This document shows positions 24,733-36,573 of a DNA stretch of 64,000 bases, piece after piece; position 1 is the first letter of the stretch; each line of letters starts with the position of its first letter. The stretch comes from Camelus dromedarius. Taxonomy: Eukaryota. The notes below the pieces were generated by a model. The model was not told the DNA's origin, searched no databases, and saw only the letters and a program-made list of their open reading frames with translations. The stretch is from NCBI RefSeq assembly GCF_036321535.1, contig NC_087437.1:101310001-101374000 (forward strand). Reading direction: 5' to 3'. The position numbers were made by a program, and so were the translations under genes.

Positions 24733-25512
24733 TCTCAAGGTTTATCCATATTGTAGCATGCACTTCATTCTTTTTTACTACTAAATAGTATTCTATTTTA
24801 TGGATATCCACATTTATTTGCCCACCAATCAGTTGATGGGAATTTGGTGTGTTTCTACTTTGTAAGCATTAAGAATAATGCTGTTATGAACGTTCATGTA
24901 CAAGTTTTTGTATAGTTATAGGATTTTGTTTTTCATGGACATATACCTAGAAATAGAACTAAGGAACTTTTTCCCAGAGTGGCTGCACACTTACATCCCC
25001 ACTAGCGATGCATGAGAGGTCCAATTTCTCCACATACTCAAACACACTTGTTATTTTCTGTGGTTTTATCACAGCCATCCTAGTGGGCGTGAAAGTAGTA
25101 GCTCAATGTGATTTTGATTTGCCTTTTTAATGACTAATGATATTGAGAATCTTTCCAATCTTATCGGCCATTTGTGTATTTTCTTTGGAATACTATCTAA
25201 TGAAATTCTTTGTCAATTTTTAATTAAGTTATCTTTATATTATTAAGTCACAAAAAGTGTTTATGTATTCAGAATACAAATCCCTTTTCTGATATATGAT
25301 TTGCAACAATTCCCTCCCATTTTAGGAACTGTCTTTTCACTTTCTTAATGGTTTTATCTGCAGCACAAAAATTTTAAATTCTTGTGTAGTTCTATTTCTC
25401 TATTTGTTATCTGTGGTTTTTGGTGTTGCTTCTAAGGAACGACTCCTATACTTCCTCCAAGAGTTTTGTTATTTTAGTTCTTACATTTAAGTCTGTGATA
25501 AATTTTGAATTT
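24733..25512 (-). mobile_element. L1 ORF2 3' region (L1MB-like)
   Basis: 'aataatgctgttatgaacgttcatgtacaagttttt...agagtggctgcac...cagccatcctagtgggcgtga...gatatatgatttgcaa'. Confidence 0.9.
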
Positions 25513-25519
25513 CTTTTTC

Positions 25520-26913
25520 CTTGTTTTTATCTTTAGCCTGGCTACCCAGAGTTCATCCTTTCTCAGTCACTTATCTCCACTTATTATTTAAATGTTGCAC
25601 TTGAGAAAGAGGATGGGGGCCTTGGCTAGTTAGATTTGAAGTTTTATTGTTGGATGCATGTGGCTTGGACGCTGCTGTCATTATTTAGGGAGGGACTTTT
25701 TCGCCTTATTCAGCCAAGGCTCAGAGGTTTCCTGTCTGATTGCTCTCGGGAGGGTGCATGCAGCCTGGGGCAAGCACACCGTTTTCCGGGCTGCTACGCC
25801 TGTGGAAGAATGGTTTTACTTTTTACGTTCTTGGAGTTATCTCTGGCTCTGAGAAGTTTATTGTGCAGTCAGTGTTTGGTCAGAAGTCTTGTTTAAGCCA
25901 CTTAAGCCGGTGAGCCATCTGCCCTGTGTGGATGGGTCAGTGTGCAGCTTGAAGTTTGCTCTAAAACTCTGCCGCGTGTCCCCAGACTCCTGAGTGCGTG
26001 CAAACTAGCGTATGTGTACAGACTTCCTAGTCCCCAGGGTTGGCTGCGATCCCAGGATGGCTCGTCTCGGCTTCTCCTCTTTCTTCTTCTTCTTTTTTTT
26101 TTTTTTTTTTTTTTCTCTTTCTTTAAGTTTTCTTTATTAAACTTCTGGTTGATCTGACGTTTTTCCCCTATAACTGAAATTACCAGGTTCCTCTTAATTG
26201 TTTTCCAAGATCTTCATTATTTTCCACAATGACCTTACGTATGAAGTTCTCCACGCTGTTGCAAATGAAGTCAGTCCCCTCAAGCACAGCCGAGGACCTC
26301 GGTATCCTTAAGTTCTGTCTCTCCTGGTCAGAACTTCTGTGCCACTGCACCGAAGCTAGGGGTAGACACCCACCTTTCCTCAGTGAGGCCGCTCTTCTGT
26401 TAGAGGAGAGTCACTGTGTGGGATGGGCAGGGGATAGCCCCTGGTCCTCTGGGCTTGCCCCTCCTGATGTGCAGTCTGTAGCCTTTGAATAAGATGGTGT
26501 GGGGTGACCAGGGCCCCTGTCTTCTCAGTTTGCCACACCTGGGGTAGAGCTTCAGGTCTAAGAGTAGGAGCTGGATAGGGAGAGGGAAAACAGGTTCTCT
26601 CTGCCACACCTGCCTGGAGTGCAGCTTCTGCAACGTGAGACTGGGGGCATGAGGAAAGTAGCCTCCCATCATTTGCCTGAGGTGGAGTCCTGGGGCTACG
26701 ACCCCAAAACACAAAGCAATGCAGCAAGTCCTGACTCAGATGCCAATGACTGGCTTCTGTTCTTACTGAAACCAGTAGATTTTCTTAGTTGAATGTTTCT
26801 CCATTTGCTCTATGCCTTTTAACAATTTCCAGGGACTTTAAATGATTGTTTTTAATTAGTTATTTTTCTAGGTAAAACATTCATTGTGCCCCTTATTCTA
26901 TCATTTTGGAAGC
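25520..26913 (-). mobile_element. L1 5' UTR region (L1M-type)
   Basis: GC/CpG-richer segment with 'gttctccacgctgttgcaaatgaagtcagtcccctc' and the end 'ccttattctatcattttggaag', typical of antisense old L1 5' ends. Confidence 0.6.
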
Positions 26914-28329
26914 CCTACTTACACTAAATTTTAATATCTTTAGAAGTCCTGATTGTTACAAAATATAATAACAATTTGCCCTAAATTTTGTGCATATTAA
27001 TTCAGAACTTCGGCACTCTTAGACATTAATGCATGAAATATAAGCCTGAAATATATATATATATATATCTTAATATAAAAGGATCTTGTATTTCTTAAAT
27101 TAAAATTATGTGCTGCATTAGTTTATAAGCAAAAGGTTAAATTGTTCATTTACAAAGCTTAGTTTTACTCACTAATGCACTTAATTAGTGGCAATTACCT
27201 GGAACTCCAGAAACGAATTTCCATATGTATATAGAATGACAATTTGATCCCAAGTCAAGAAATTGCATTATAATTGATAGGTTGCCAATGTTCATTTAAA
27301 TGGAATGCTATATAATTAATTTCATTGATAATAGAACTTTCTTAGCTGTGTTATGGTCATTGAAATCTTCAGTAAGGCAAAACCATCTGTTTCCATTGCT
27401 AACTATTTGAACATACTATCTTTTATGGAATTGCTCTTTTTAAAATTTTTGTACGTTTCTTATGCTTAGATGAGTTTATTTGATAAGCATCACTTTTACT
27501 TATATGAGTTTTATTAATAGTAAAGGAGCCTCGGCAAAACAAAAAAGGCAAAACCAAAAAAGCCCTTCAAACTGTACTGTCATCTTCCATTTTTATGTAT
27601 GATTCTTCTTAAATCTAAGAAATTTAATTTTGTTTCAAAATTTTTAGAGAATGGACTCTAATCTCTCTCTGAAATAAAATTATCTGAGGAGGTCAGGGGA
27701 AATAAATGTATGTGAGACGAATATAGGCAAGCCTAAAAAGAGATATAAAAACAAGAGTTGTAGAAAAAGTTGAGACTAGATACTTATGAGTTTGTTTGTA
27801 TCACATGAAGTTTTGCAGATATAGGCATAAATAGGGATATAAATATGTACACATGGATATACATATATGTACATATAAACCATACACTGATAGGGATTCC
27901 TTAAGTAATATAAATCAATACATAATGAATGTTTAACTTTATTGAAAATCATTGAGTCATACTTATTTTTCACATTTTCCATGCATCTTTCTTCCATTTC
28001 ACTTAGAAAATAGACTGTTGCAAAAGCAAATCAAAGCTAGGGTTGGAAATTCAGATCAAGAAAGCATAAATTAGCTCTTATATGTTACTCCTGTGGCATA
28101 CATAGCTTGTATGAAAGTTCTTGTGAGGACGCACTACAAGGTGTTATAGCTTTCAGTGTTTTATGTGCTTGTGTGTATGTGTATGCATCTAAATTCATAT
28201 CTACAAAATTTGCCTGTATATGCTCCAGTATTGGCTTCAGCCTTCTGAGGATCCACTATAATACATTATCCAGGTAGCTGGAGTGCAATTCACCTTGAAG
28301 CATTATTTATCTTCAGACTTTCTGATATT

Positions 28330-28815
28330 TACATTTGATAAATAGCATCCCCCAAGTTTAATGACTCCTAACAGCAACCATTCATTTAGCTCCTGATTCT
28401 GCAGACTGATCATTTGGGTTGGGCTTAAATAAGTGTTTTTTTTGGCACCTGTGTCTGTGGTATGCTATTGGATTGTTGGTTGAGACCCCTGGTTTATGAA
28501 AGCATTGTCTACGAGTTGTGTTGACTGGGGCCTCTCTCCATGTAACTGCTTATTGTTCAGCAGGCTAGTATGTGTTTATTCACTTGGTTACAGGGTTACA
28601 AGTGCATTAAGAGAACAAGACCTAAGCTGCAAGGGCTTCTCAAGTCTCCACTTGTGCAACATTTGCTACTTTTCCATTGTCCACAGTAAGTCACATGGCT
28701 ATGGTGAAAGTCAGCGACAAATAAACTTCACCTCTTGATACATAAGGTGAACATGACAATATAAGGGAGATGAGAGGAAAGGCAGATTTTGTGGCCATGT
28801 CTGCAATCTGCCATC
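28330..28815 (-). mobile_element. MaLR LTR (MLT1H-like)
   Basis: 'cagcaaccattcatttagctcctgattctgca...tttgggttgggctt...ctctctccatgt...aagtcacatggc...ttcacctcttgat...tgtggccatgtctgcaatctgcca'. Confidence 0.75.
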
Positions 28816-29273
28816 TTCCTTACTAGATTATACGTCACCTGAATAATGTAATAATGGAGTTCTTAGCTTACTATTCAAAATGGCAAGGACCACATCCTAA
28901 TTTTGTTTTTCCAAGTGGTATTTTAAAAGTAAATCCATCCTTGTAAAAGTTAGTACTTACATATTGCCTCAGTTGTTGTTTTCTTCGTTTTTCTGAAATT
29001 AAGACCATGAAAATTAATGAACTGAACCTCAAAACAGTACAAACTGTACCTTGGATAAGTTTCTTGGTTATTCCTATTTCTTTAAATCTCTTTCTGTTGA
29101 GTCACATTGCTTTCTTTTTTCCTTTGTGATTGATAGAGCTTAACTCAAATAGTAATACACTTAAATTAGGGTATTTTACAACTTAAATATCCTGTTGATA
29201 CTCTGTAGAATATTTCACAAGTTAACTTTCTGTTTCAGATATTTCAGTTTATAGACTATTTGTATTAAAACAA

Positions 29274-29410
29274 ATAGATAGATAGATAGACAGATAGATA
29301 TAAATGTGTGTATACATGTATATATGTGTGTTTTTAATACAGATATATATAATATATATACAAGTAAGATACATATGTGTAACAAGCATTTATAATATAT
29401 ATATACACAT
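29274..29410. repeat. (TAGA)n followed by a TA/TG-rich low-complexity tract
   Basis: Read directly from the sequence. Confidence 0.85.
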
Positions 29411-29814
29411 AAACTTATGGGATAAAGTTGAATATGAATATTTTAAAATTACTTTAAAGGTAATTGTAAAAGTTTAAGATGATTCCAAAAAAAGAAATAA
29501 GTGACAGTGTGGAAGTGCTGTTCTTCCAAATATAAATCATGCCCTGGCATTTTTTTTTAGATGTCTAGATATCTTTATATCTTTTTCTGGTACAGCTTTC
29601 ATTGAACTAGGAAAATATGTGTGTTAAGTCATTTAAAATATGTTTATGGTTACTAATGCAGTTTTTTTTTTGTTTTGTTTTTATTGGATCTCAGCTCTCA
29701 AAGCATAAGATTTACTAATGTTAATCCTTTAATTCAGAGAATTGGGAAAAAGTACCACTTTCAGCTGTGAATTATGTAGCAAATAATTTGTACTGATATT
29801 TGTGATTTGAGACA

Positions 29815-29880
29815 TATGTATATTTATGTATATATGTGTATAAACAGGTGTATATATGTATATGTATATATGTATATACA
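29815..29880. repeat. (TA/TG)n low-complexity repeat
   Basis: Read directly from the sequence. Confidence 0.85.
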
Positions 29881-30989
29881 AAGATATGCTTAGAGCAAAA
29901 CCAATATTAGCCCAATAATAATATCAATTTCACTTGCTTGTTGGCATTGCTTTTTGGAATAAGCTAGGACAAGAAAGCACCTGATCACAGGGAAACCCAT
30001 GGGAGTGCTGCATATGAGAATGTCACTCATTTTGTCTTTTAAGATGAGAAAAGCAAAATAGAGAAAACCTTTGCTCTCTATGTTCTATGAACTTAAGTCT
30101 TAGAGAAACATAATATTAATGTATCACGATGCTGTTCATAATGAAAAACGACAGAGCAGCTGAGTTTGTCAATAAATATCTTCCCATATATTGCCCCTCA
30201 GACATCGTGAGACCTGGATTTGTTGTTGCAAGGAGCAGGTGTCTAGAATGATAGCATTATTCAAAGCATCAATAGAAGGTGAAGGAGAGAGCACTGGGTG
30301 ATATTTTAGAAGAGAAATCTTATAAGCAGGCAACAGATGATGCTTGTAACTCCTTCCGTTCTTCCAATTTCCACAATGATTGGAGTAGCTCTGTAGTGGT
30401 TGAGACAGGCAGTCAAAGAATGGCGCCATTGAAGGCAACATGAGGTCCTTTAAAAAATCTCATCTGTGATGGAGCCTTTCCTCCAGAAATGTGTCTACTG
30501 ATCCTTATCCCCAGCACTTCCAGACTTACATTGTTTTACTCCTGTAAGTGCCGTGGAGAAGAATATAGCAAAATTTGCAGTGGACTTTGTATCTACCTAC
30601 AGATCTATGGGTCCTAAATCCTACTTCTTATTTAAGATTAATACTCCTGTTTTCAAAATATATATTTAAAAAGTTACAATACATACTTTCAAGGGATAGT
30701 GTATTTAGTATCTATCTCTTTTTCAAAATAAAAATTCATCTCAATTTCTCTTACACAACAATTTCAATCAGAATTCTGTTGTTACTATTCATGTTGTTGT
30801 TGAGAGATTTTCTTGTTTTAGTCTTTTTCAAATCAGTGGATACAACCACCCTTCTATTTTGATTTCTGACAAACATAAAATAAATCCCTTAAGAGATATT
30901 TCATAACTGATATCAATGTCTTTATAAAATGTGATGCAATAAATGTAGAACATAGACTATATTCCTCAATGATTAGTAAAGTGATTTTG

Positions 30990-31230
30990 AAGGGTATTGT
31001 GCATGGTGGGTTAAGAACATTTTTTCAGGAGATAGATTGAGTAGGTTTAATTTCTGTTTTTAAAATGTTAATTTAGAAATGCCACTTAATTTCTCTGCTC
31101 CTCAGTTTCTTTAGATGCAAAATGAACAAAAATGTACAAATTGGATGTTTTTGAGAATTAAATGAGTTAATACGTGAAAATTTATGGCAGCAACTTGGTC
31201 CATGATAACTAGTTGATAAAATTTAGTATA
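30990..31230 (+). mobile_element. MIR SINE
   Basis: MIR core 'cacttaatttctctgctcctcagtttctttagatgcaaaatg...tgagaattaaatgagttaatacgtgaaa'. Confidence 0.8.
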
Positions 31231-33544
31231 TACGTGTGTATGTGTGTGTGTGTCTGTGGATTTCTGTGCACATGTGTATGTGTAGACACATAGATAAGTT
31301 TGACGGCATCTTGTAAAATTTGAATTGAGACAGAAAAGATGGTAATGTGAAATATCAATAATGCAATTCATATTTAATATACACTATTGAAAATTCATAT
31401 ATATTTCTTATATAAAGAGTCCTTTTAAGGCTTCATATATGTTATTGTAAATTCAACATTTTGGCCCCAAAAGGCCCTAATATATATTTGGCCCCAGTAT
31501 ATATTTTCCATTATAATATTCTAACTGAAAATCTGATAAATCTAAATCAGTCCTTGCTCTCAATAAGTTGTGGGACATACTCAAATAGGATTAAGAAGTA
31601 TAAGTTGCATTTATTTTGGAAAAGCAGAAACTGTTCTAGTTATTTCAAAAAGAATGAATTTATTACAGGGACTTAATTATATACAATCAGTGAATGGGCT
31701 GTCAAAGTGGTAGTAAAATTGGCCTGTGCTGGCTTTCAGGGAACCCGAAAGGAAACTACTCTGATGACCCCTGATGACCAACTGTATGTAGACAAAGTGG
31801 ACCATTCTCAGGAGGACAGGTGGAAGCTGCTGGCAAACCCTCGTGATGCTCTGTGATGATGCAGGCGTTTGCTCAAAGCTTAGGCAAGTCAGCTTCACAC
31901 CTGTAGCTCATTAGCTTCAGAGCAATTTTTGTCTGTGTTTTCATCACTATATGAAAAAACTTGGGCAAAATTTTCTTTAAATACTTCCCCTATTACTCTA
32001 AGAATCTATGACTTCGCAAAATTTCAAATCATATTGCCATGACAGATCCACATTTAGAGAAAGAGGGTGAGTCACAAAGAGTGCCTTGGTGTGCCTTTTA
32101 TTTTGTAGTAGTGTCATTTTTCAAAAATCTTCTATTTAAACTCAAGAGATCAGCCATGGTTTTCCCCTAACACCAGTCAGAACTGCACGTAGCTCTCTGA
32201 TGTAGTTATGTTTGTATTCTGACACATGATATTGATTCACATTTAGCCGACATGTGGCTGTCAGAAGCCAAAATAAAAAGGAAATGTGACTTCCCTGGTA
32301 TTACCATACCAAAGAGAGATCTTTCCAATTATCAAAAAAAAAAAAAAAAAATCAAGTTTTAAAGCTTCATCTGGATATTTTGTGATTTTTTTTTTACTGA
32401 ACTTAATGTCACTATTTAATGAATAAAATCATTTTATGATTATAATAGTGGAAAAGATACAAGATTATTTGCCCCAATACAGAAAGGACTCAGAGTTTTG
32501 AAATATTTTACACTAAATTGAAAGCACTTGGTTTAGCTACTTCTGAGGGAAAACCAGACAGCAGAAGAAATGGAGGCTATAAAAATGCTTAAGAAGCCAA
32601 GTAATTCACAAGTGATTAATGATAATGGTGATATAGATAAGACCTTTGGTGATAAACTCGCAACTGGGTTTAGACCATGCAACAAAGAGTAATTATACTA
32701 AACTGAGTTCTAAACAAAGAGCATGTAAAAAAGATACCAAAAAAAACAGATTTTGATATTATGCTTAGATTGCTGAAAGCAAAAATTGTTGCACAAATGG
32801 AGGAACTGGTATGATTTAAGTACTTTTGAAGCAGAAAACTCATTTAGTTATTTTATGAGATAAAGACACTCGTTATAAATCATTTGTACATTTGTATGAG
32901 GGCCAAATAAATTGCCTAGATAAAATCAAACTGATTTAAATTACACTTCTTTAATAGCACTGGATGAATTTAAAGTGTCTGATATGTTGGATTAAGGCTG
33001 AACCAAATTTCTCTCTGACGCGGAGGCACACACACAACCCCATATGTGTACATATACTCACAAAATTTCAATGTGAGCTCAAAATATCTATAGGTTCTTT
33101 GAAAAAGACTTTATAGATGATAATATTTACACTCTATATAATACATTTCTGTACCAAAATGGGAAAGACAAATGTAATTTTATAAAATACTGACTTGTTA
33201 TGAAATAGTTCAAGGGCATGATTTTCAAACCACCCCAACCTAAACATGATTCCTCCTTAAGACGGATTTCCTAGTTCTATAAAGAATATTTTATCTTTTG
33301 CTTTAGCAGCTTTGGCTTGACTCCAATTTTTAGTTTCACATTATAACAAAATTTCTCACAACAACAATCAAAAAGAACAGGTCTGTTAAAATTTTAATAA
33401 AGATCTAAAAGAAGTCCAAATTTTACACTTCTATTTTGATAAAGATTACAATATCAAAAATTGTGTTTCATAATTTAACAGACTTTGTAGTTTCTAAAAT
33501 GGGTACCAGTTCTTGCTTGAACTCAATACTTATGGACTATCCTG

Positions 33545-33690
33545 AGCGGTAATTATTATAGTAGGGAAATAAAGCTCAGAGAAGTTAACTCGTTTACCAG
33601 AAGCCACAGAGCAAGCAAATGGCATGACCAGCAACCAAAGCTTGCTCCATAGGCTGTAGCCTAGAACAAACACTGTTTCTCCTATCTCGG
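33545..33690 (-). mobile_element. MIR SINE fragment
   Basis: 'gggaaataaagctcagagaagttaactcgtttaccagaagccacagagcaagcaaatggca'. Confidence 0.7.
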
Positions 33691-34044
33691 GATCCTTGCA
33701 AAGTTCAAATTAAAGTGGGATTAAATAGACTAAATAAATATGCTGTCTATATACAAAGAAGGATAAGTGGTTTTTTTTATTACTTTTAATAAAGAATATT
33801 TTTTTCTTTGACCAAATGCTTCAGAGAATATGTACCATCCCAAGAGCTGAAGTCATTTCATGTTATTGTAACCTGCATTTTCAGTTGGTCTTCTTTGGTC
33901 CTACCTCTTAACTAATGGCTGGACTTTGAATTGCTGATTAAACTTCCAGATAACTGTAATTTTATAATGTTTAATTAATGTACCTGGCATATTTCTTAGA
34001 ATTCAACTGAGTAGATGTCTCTGTAATCTCAGTGAATCTGAGGG

Positions 34045-34555
34045 CCTGTTTGACCTCATCTTTCTTCTTTGCGTTTCCTCTTCTCTGCTCTGGGTCTTGG
34101 GAGCCTGAACTTTGGGGGCTTTCTTTCCCAGCCACCCGGGGCATCTTGCTTTCCTCTGGGTTCCACATCCAGCAAACACTGGCTGGGACTGGCAAACAAG
34201 GGACCCAGAGCAGCAGGCTGCTCCTCCCCCTTCCGCACTGTCTCAAGAGGCATCACTGGCAGATGCCGTGTCTCCTTCAAATCCAATCCAGCCAGAAAAC
34301 TCACCAGAGTCCAGCCTCCGATACGTGATCCTGGCCTCTGGGCTCCAATATCACCCCTGCCTCCCTGCCCTCACAAGCCATGGGGTGGAAGCTTTCTGCC
34401 TTTGCTAATTTCCAAGTGTCATTGCCTTCCCTTGTGTGGCATCGCAGCATTTTCTTTATGATTTAACCAATACCTTGCATTAGAGTTCCTTCACTTTACA
34501 CAGTGATATTGTTTTTATTTTTGTTTTTGTTTTCTGCTTCGACTACCTTAAATGT
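34045..34555 (+). mobile_element. ERVL LTR (LTR33-like)
   Basis: 'ggctccaatatcacccctgcctccctgccctcacaagccatggggtggaagctttctgcctttgctaatttcc' resembles recalled LTR33. It explains the local GC rise and the overlapping spurious ORFs. Confidence 0.65.
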
Positions 34556-35719
34556 TTTCTACCACATTTGTCATTAACTAAATGAATATTAACTGAATCA
34601 ATTTTGATTAACAGAGTAGAGTGCTGGTATGTATGTATGTATGGCATTAAACAGAATGATGTTAAAAAAAAAAGCAGGGCTGCAGTTTATGATACAATAA
34701 CCTAATGGCATATATAGAATTTCAATTGCTAAAACTACACAATCCTTATTATTTTAATTGACATAATTTCAAGTGTGGAAAAAGGGATAAATTGTGTTTT
34801 AATCTGGCACAATTTATAGCAATTTCCTTTTTGACAAATGCACGTTTTAGTATGGCCTTCAAAACTACACCTTCATGTACAATTGCTTACTGTAGTTATA
34901 TAAAAAAGATAAAGTTCATAACATAAAGTATTAGGGACAAAAGAACCCCATATTCAATACAATTTTATTTAATATTTAATTAATAGGAGTATTCAACAGA
35001 CTGAAATTTTAAGTTGTTTTATATAGCTCTGCTTTGGCAGCATCTGGTAAGCTAAAAAATGCACACATTTGTGTAGCATATAAAATTGTGTGCAGGCTCT
35101 CAGGTTGAATATGTATTACAGAACTCGGTTCACCAGGGGTGCATTGCTTTCTAGGTCTGCTCTATTTGGATGGATGCATCTGTTAATTTATAACCAATAG
35201 GGAAACAAAAGCTCACTGCTTCTGCACAACGAGTTAATGAACAGCATAAATATTTCGGATAACTTCTAGTTATGCATCATCTACCCAGTAACAACCTACA
35301 TAATATATGAAAAAGTGATAGCACTCTTTTTGAAATAAATGCATATTAAAAGGCTATTATTTTCTGCTTTCATGTATTATGTGAGGTTTTAATACCTTCA
35401 TATCTCAAATTTGCCCATTTTAATATTCAGTAATAATGCCCTGCTTTGATTGTAGCTTACACGAATTTTCTTTCTGGATTTCTAGTATTCCTCTTTGTCT
35501 ATACCCTGTCTTAATTTAGTTGCTGTTTGTTTTAATATTGTGTTCTAGTCTTACTTAGAATCATTTAATCATTTTAAGCCTTTTAGTTTGGGGCATTAAT
35601 TTTCTAACATGGGAAACAATACTCATCATGCTGTGCTCTAAACAAGCTTGTGTTTAGATTTCTCTTTTTATGTAATAATATGGTAATTCTTTCGGGAAAA
35701 TTTGTAAAAAAACATTCTA

Positions 35720-36146
35720 ATTTCTCCTTGATTCTTCTTCTCTCCTAAAAGTAGTCAATTACAAAGTATATATACTGTCTCCTGAAAAGTCTCCTTCACC
35801 CACATTTTCCTCTCCATTTATGTTGCCACCATCTAGGATTCTTAACTTCTCACTTTTCCTTCACTACAAAGTTGTAACCATATGCTAATATCACGAGGTG
35901 GTCTTTTTTCATGACCACAAAAACAAGTTAATGTCAGGGTTGTCTCTTAATTGTTTACACTGGTTTTCATCTATCACTCTTCCTTTCGAAGTAATCTTTC
36001 TGAAATATTATATGAATCTATTTCAACTTCCCTTCAACAGTCACTCTCAGTCAATTTCAATGATTCCCTGTTTCTTGGAGGATAAGGTCTAATCTCATCA
36101 ACTTGGCCTTCAAATTCTTCCATTCACTGGCCTTTGCCTACCTTCC
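35720..36146 (+). mobile_element. L2 fragment
   Basis: 'cctctccatttatgttgccaccatctagg...agtaatctttctgaaat...ggataaggtctaatctc..aacttggccttcaaa...tggcctttgcctaccttcc'. Confidence 0.65.
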
Positions 36147-36573
36147 TTTATTTATTTATTTATTTATTTATTAATTATTGAATTAAATTGTGCTGATTTA
36201 AAATGTGTTAGTTTTAGGTATATAGTAAATTGATTCAGTTGTATATGTGCATATATATATATGCACATATATTATATATATTACTATAAAATATATATAT
36301 ATTTATATATATAAGAATATATATATTCTTTTTCAGATTCTTTTCCATTATAGGTTATTATAAGATATTGAATATAGTCCCCTGTGCTATATAGTAGGTC
36401 CTTGTTGTTTATCTATTTTATATATAGTGGTATGTATCTGCTAATCCCAAACTCCTAATTTATCCCTTCCCCATCCCCTCTTTGGTAACCATAAGACTGT
36501 TTTCTATGTTGGTGAATCTGTTTCTGTTTTGTAAATAAATAAGTTTATTTGTGTCTTTGTCTTGGCTATTGTA
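36147..36573 (-). mobile_element. L1 3' UTR fragment, same subfamily as 19518-20756
   Basis: (TTTA)n tail; aligns to 19518-19837 (e.g. 'tttggtaaccataaga..gttttctatgt..gtgaatctgtttct'). Candidate TSD tttgcctacctt (36133-36144) / tttggctacatt (36576-36587). Confidence 0.9.

Noticed and set aside
25700..26400. CpG-island promoter
   Set aside because: CpG enrichment is modest and the segment resembles an L1 5' UTR.
32335..32351. Poly(A) runs here and at 45722-45738 as retroposon tails
   Set aside because: No convincing TSD or upstream element body.
33971..34461. Cluster of five overlapping ORFs in a GC-rich patch
   Set aside because: Lies within an LTR33-like element; higher GC content explains the scarcity of stops.
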